DNA of 49,747 nt from contig JBBRLI010000020.1 in the NCBI GenBank assembly GCA_038231455.1, positions 1 to 49,747 of the forward strand, written 5' to 3'. The position numbers were made by a program, and so were the translations under genes. This DNA is from Vulcanimicrobiales bacterium. GTDB lineage: Bacteria; Vulcanimicrobiota; Vulcanimicrobiia; Vulcanimicrobiales; Vulcanimicrobiaceae. How positions within the stretch are numbered: the stretch's first letter is position 1; each line of letters starts with the position of its first letter. The notes under the pieces were generated by a model. The model saw only the letters and a program-made list of their open reading frames with translations, had not been told where the DNA came from and did no database searches. This document shows, one piece after another, positions 47,508-49,747 of this stretch.

Positions 47508-48170
47508 ATGGACGCACTCTTCGCCCTAGGAACGCACGCGGGTCGCTCTTCGCTCCCGCTCGATGTGCTCGCCTCGCTCACGCTGCTCTCGATCGCACCG
47601 TTCGTGCTCGTGCTCTCGACGGCGTTTGTACGAATCATCGTGGTGCTCTCGCTCGTGCGCTCGGCACTTGGCGCATCATCGCTCCCGCCGAACACCGTGC
47701 TCACGGGACTTGCGTTGATTCTTACCTTCGTTATCATGACGCCGACATTTGAAGCCATCTCGCACGATGCGATTGCTCCGTACGCGGCCGGTAAGCTTTC
47801 TCAGCATGCGTTCCTGGACCGCGCCGCCGGCCCGCTGCGTGCATTTATGTTGCGGCAAACGAAGACCAAGGACATCACGGTATTCGCGCGTGTCGCGCGA
47901 CGACCACCGGGCGAGATCGCAACTGCCGCTCCGCTCGTGGTGCTTATCCCCGCGTTCATCGTCGGCGAATTGCGATCGGCCTTTGCGATCGGGGTTGCGC
48001 TCTATCTGCCGTTTATCGCGATCGACCTTGCCGTCGCATCAATTTTGATGGGCCTTGGAATGTTTATGCTCTCGCCGCCAGTGATCTCGCTACCGTGTAA
48101 GTTGCTTCTCTTCGTTCTCGTCGATGGCTGGGCGATTGTTTGCGGTGGCGTTGTCACGAGTTTTCGCTAG
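47508..48170 (+). CDS. fliP: Export-gate protein FliP/SctR
   Basis: TAFVRIIVVLSLVRSALG, PPNTVL, LRAFMLRQT, IPAFIVGEL and SLPCKLLLFVLVDGW motifs. Confidence 0.93.
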   Translation: MDALFALGTHAGRSSLPLDVLASLTLLSIAPFVLVLSTAFVRIIVVLSLVRSALGASSLPPNTVLTGLALILTFVIMTPTFEAISHDAIAPYAAGKLSQHAFLDRAAGPLRAFMLRQTKTKDITVFARVARRPPGEIATAAPLVVLIPAFIVGELRSAFAIGVALYLPFIAIDLAVASILMGLGMFMLSPPVISLPCKLLLFVLVDGWAIVCGGVVTSFR

Positions 48171-48174
48171 CGAC

Positions 48175-48196
48175 ATCGCATGGAAAGCCATGCGAT
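48175..48196 (+). terminator. Hairpin just after fliP
   Basis: ATCGCATGG-aaag-CCATGCGAT perfect 9-bp stem, but no U-tract. Confidence 0.35.
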
Positions 48197-48700
48197 TGAG
48201 ACGGCGTTGGCGCTCTTGTCCTCCGGCTTCGCGTTCGCGTTCGTTACGCCTAAGACCGACGAGGGAGCCCGGACACTCTTCACACGAGAGAGGCCCTGAG
48301 GTAATCCGATCGGCTTAGTGGGACCTTGCTTGACCTCGGATTTACAGAGTGGAGCATGAAGACCTTGCACCAGGTATTAGGGTTGTTTATCCCGCGCATA
48401 TCGGCTGGAAGTTGATTTGGGCGCCACCCCTGGTTAATCGCGAACAGTCTCCGCTGCTGTTTCGATTCGTAGGCATCCGAGACACCGGAGAAAGCCTGCC
48501 CTATAATCCGGACACAATTTTCAAAGCGCGTCATCGGTCATCACAAAGCAGACATCGTTTCGTATCGAGCAATGTGACGGTCGCGTTCGGCGATCGAGCG
48601 ATTCTTTAAAGCCATTCAAGCATACGTACTTGACATGCCGATTGTAAAGTGTGACTTGACAGACGCGGTCCTCGCTCAGTGCTAAAATAAAGCGACTTTT

Positions 48701-49174
48701 ATGGACGCACGCCGAGAAGAATCAGGTGGATCGAGCTTCGCGAGCCTATTGCGACGGTTTCGCAAAGCCGTCGGCTTCTCGCAGTTCTTTTTGGCTGAGA
48801 CGTCGGGAATCAGCGTGGAGACGGTTGGAGCCCTAGAACGCGGACTCCGAAAGGCGCCATATGCCGAAACGATTGAAGCCATAGCAGATGCGCTGAAGTT
48901 GAATCCTGCAGATCGCGCTGCTCTTAAAGATGCAGCGGCGCGTGGGAGAGCTCGGCGAAGCGTTGATCCTGCCGCAGCAACAAGTACGGCCCCGGAACGC
49001 AGTCTCCCGGCGATGTACCTAATTGTCGAAGCGGGACGCGTCGCCGAATTTGCCGAGTTGGCCGCCCACGGCTCCATCCTATTCACACTCGTCCCGTTAT
49101 CTGAATCGCGCCTCGGTTTATTGCTTTCCGCTTCCGATGTCGGCCATGACTCGGATAGCCTTCGCACGGGATAA
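48701..49174 (+). CDS. XRE-family HTH regulator
   Basis: FASLLRRFRKAVGFSQFFLAETSGISVETVGALERG...P...IADAL. Extended -10 TGcTAAAAT at 48680-48688. Confidence 0.8.
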   Translation: MDARREESGGSSFASLLRRFRKAVGFSQFFLAETSGISVETVGALERGLRKAPYAETIEAIADALKLNPADRAALKDAAARGRARRSVDPAAATSTAPERSLPAMYLIVEAGRVAEFAELAAHGSILFTLVPLSESRLGLLLSASDVGHDSDSLRTG

Positions 49175-49241
49175 CGATACAGATGCTCACTTCGTTGGCT
49201 TAACTCACCAGTCGCACCGACCTAAAGGGAGTTGCTTCGTA

Positions 49242-49685
49242 ATGACTGATATCGTCTTGAATAATCCGACTAACCGTTCGCTCTTCGCCGAGCTCTTGCA
49301 AAAATGCCGGCGACGTACGCCTGCTGACGCACACATCATCCTTGAAATGCTAAGGAGTCCGGAACGCGTCGGAAAGCCCGTGAGTCAGGGCGAGGTTGCG
49401 CGCGCCGTAGGGATCGATCGCCGAAACTATGCGATGCTCGAGAGAGGCATCGCGCTTACAGTCGCACCAACAATGCTCGCTCGCATAGCAACCGCACTTT
49501 CGATGAACGAGGCAGAGCGGAACTTCTTGGCAGATCTCGTCGTCCCCGAAGTGAGTTCGAAGCGATTCGACAAGTCATGTTCATCTGTAGCAGAACTGGC
49601 TTCGATGCGACTGAGTCTGCCCCGGTTTCCCGGACAGTGGATTATGCTGCAATCGGCAGCGACGACTCGTATTGGATTGGGCTGA
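49242..49685 (+). CDS. XRE-family HTH protein (MmyB-like N-terminus), possibly truncated
   Basis: VSQGEVARAVGIDRRNYAMLERG...LARIATAL...ERNFL. GGGAG upstream of ATG 49242. Confidence 0.7.
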   Translation: MTDIVLNNPTNRSLFAELLQKCRRRTPADAHIILEMLRSPERVGKPVSQGEVARAVGIDRRNYAMLERGIALTVAPTMLARIATALSMNEAERNFLADLVVPEVSSKRFDKSCSSVAELASMRLSLPRFPGQWIMLQSAATTRIGLG

Positions 49686-49747
49686 CGTAGCCGAGCGTCG
49701 AATGACGACGTTTGGAATTGTACCAGCCTTCGATGTAGTTGAAAATA

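Noticed and set aside
48180-48299. 39-aa ORF (MESHAIETALALLSSG...) as fliQ
   Set aside because: It is too short and lacks the FliQ QA-x-TQ-x-x-EQTL-x-F-x-PK pattern, apart from a chance PK.
48656-48688. TTGACA/TAAAAT as a canonical sigma70 pair
   Set aside because: The spacer is 21 nt, so only the extended -10 is credible.
1-49747. CRISPR array, rRNA/tRNA, transposase or integrase
   Set aside because: No regularly spaced repeats, RNA-gene signatures or DDE/tyrosine/serine recombinase motifs were recognised by eye.

Overview
GC-rich bacterial chromosomal window. The gene content and style suggest Ca. Eremiobacterota/Vulcanimicrobiota (WPS-2) or a related Terrabacteria diderm; this is inference only. 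From left to right it contains: (1) a secreted thioredoxin, an alpha/beta-hydrolase split by an in-frame TAA, a Uma2 nuclease and a lipoprotein hydrolase; (2) dusB followed by a class-III aminotransferase, an SRPBCC/START protein, an acyl-ACP-reductase-like enzyme, OsmC, a conserved unknown protein and two APC permeases, then greA-lysS; (3) an amidase, a HisC-like aminotransferase and hutH/U/I/F without hutG or hutC; (4) DUF5069, truA, a seven-gene amino-sugar/glycan modification cluster, DUF1203, a photoactive-yellow-protein homolog back-to-back with a Crp/Fnr regulator, and rplM-rpsI; (5) an ECF sigma/anti-sigma pair and a GAF-PAS adenylate cyclase; (6) a strongly reduced flagellar-type operon; (7) a more AT-rich tail with two XRE regulators. 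The flagellar-type operon is mini-flgB, flgC, fliE, fliF fused to a FliG middle domain, fliH, fliI, lytic transglycosylase, aspartic protease, mini-fliK, rod/hook-like gene, fliM lacking the CheY site, fliN and fliP. The best candidates for undescribed biology are this motor-less flagellum-derived basal body/export system, a split TamH/PigE-like fatty-amine pathway, and the PYP-Crp module. No rRNA, tRNA, CRISPR array or transposase was recognised. All calls come from reading motifs by eye; no searches were run.
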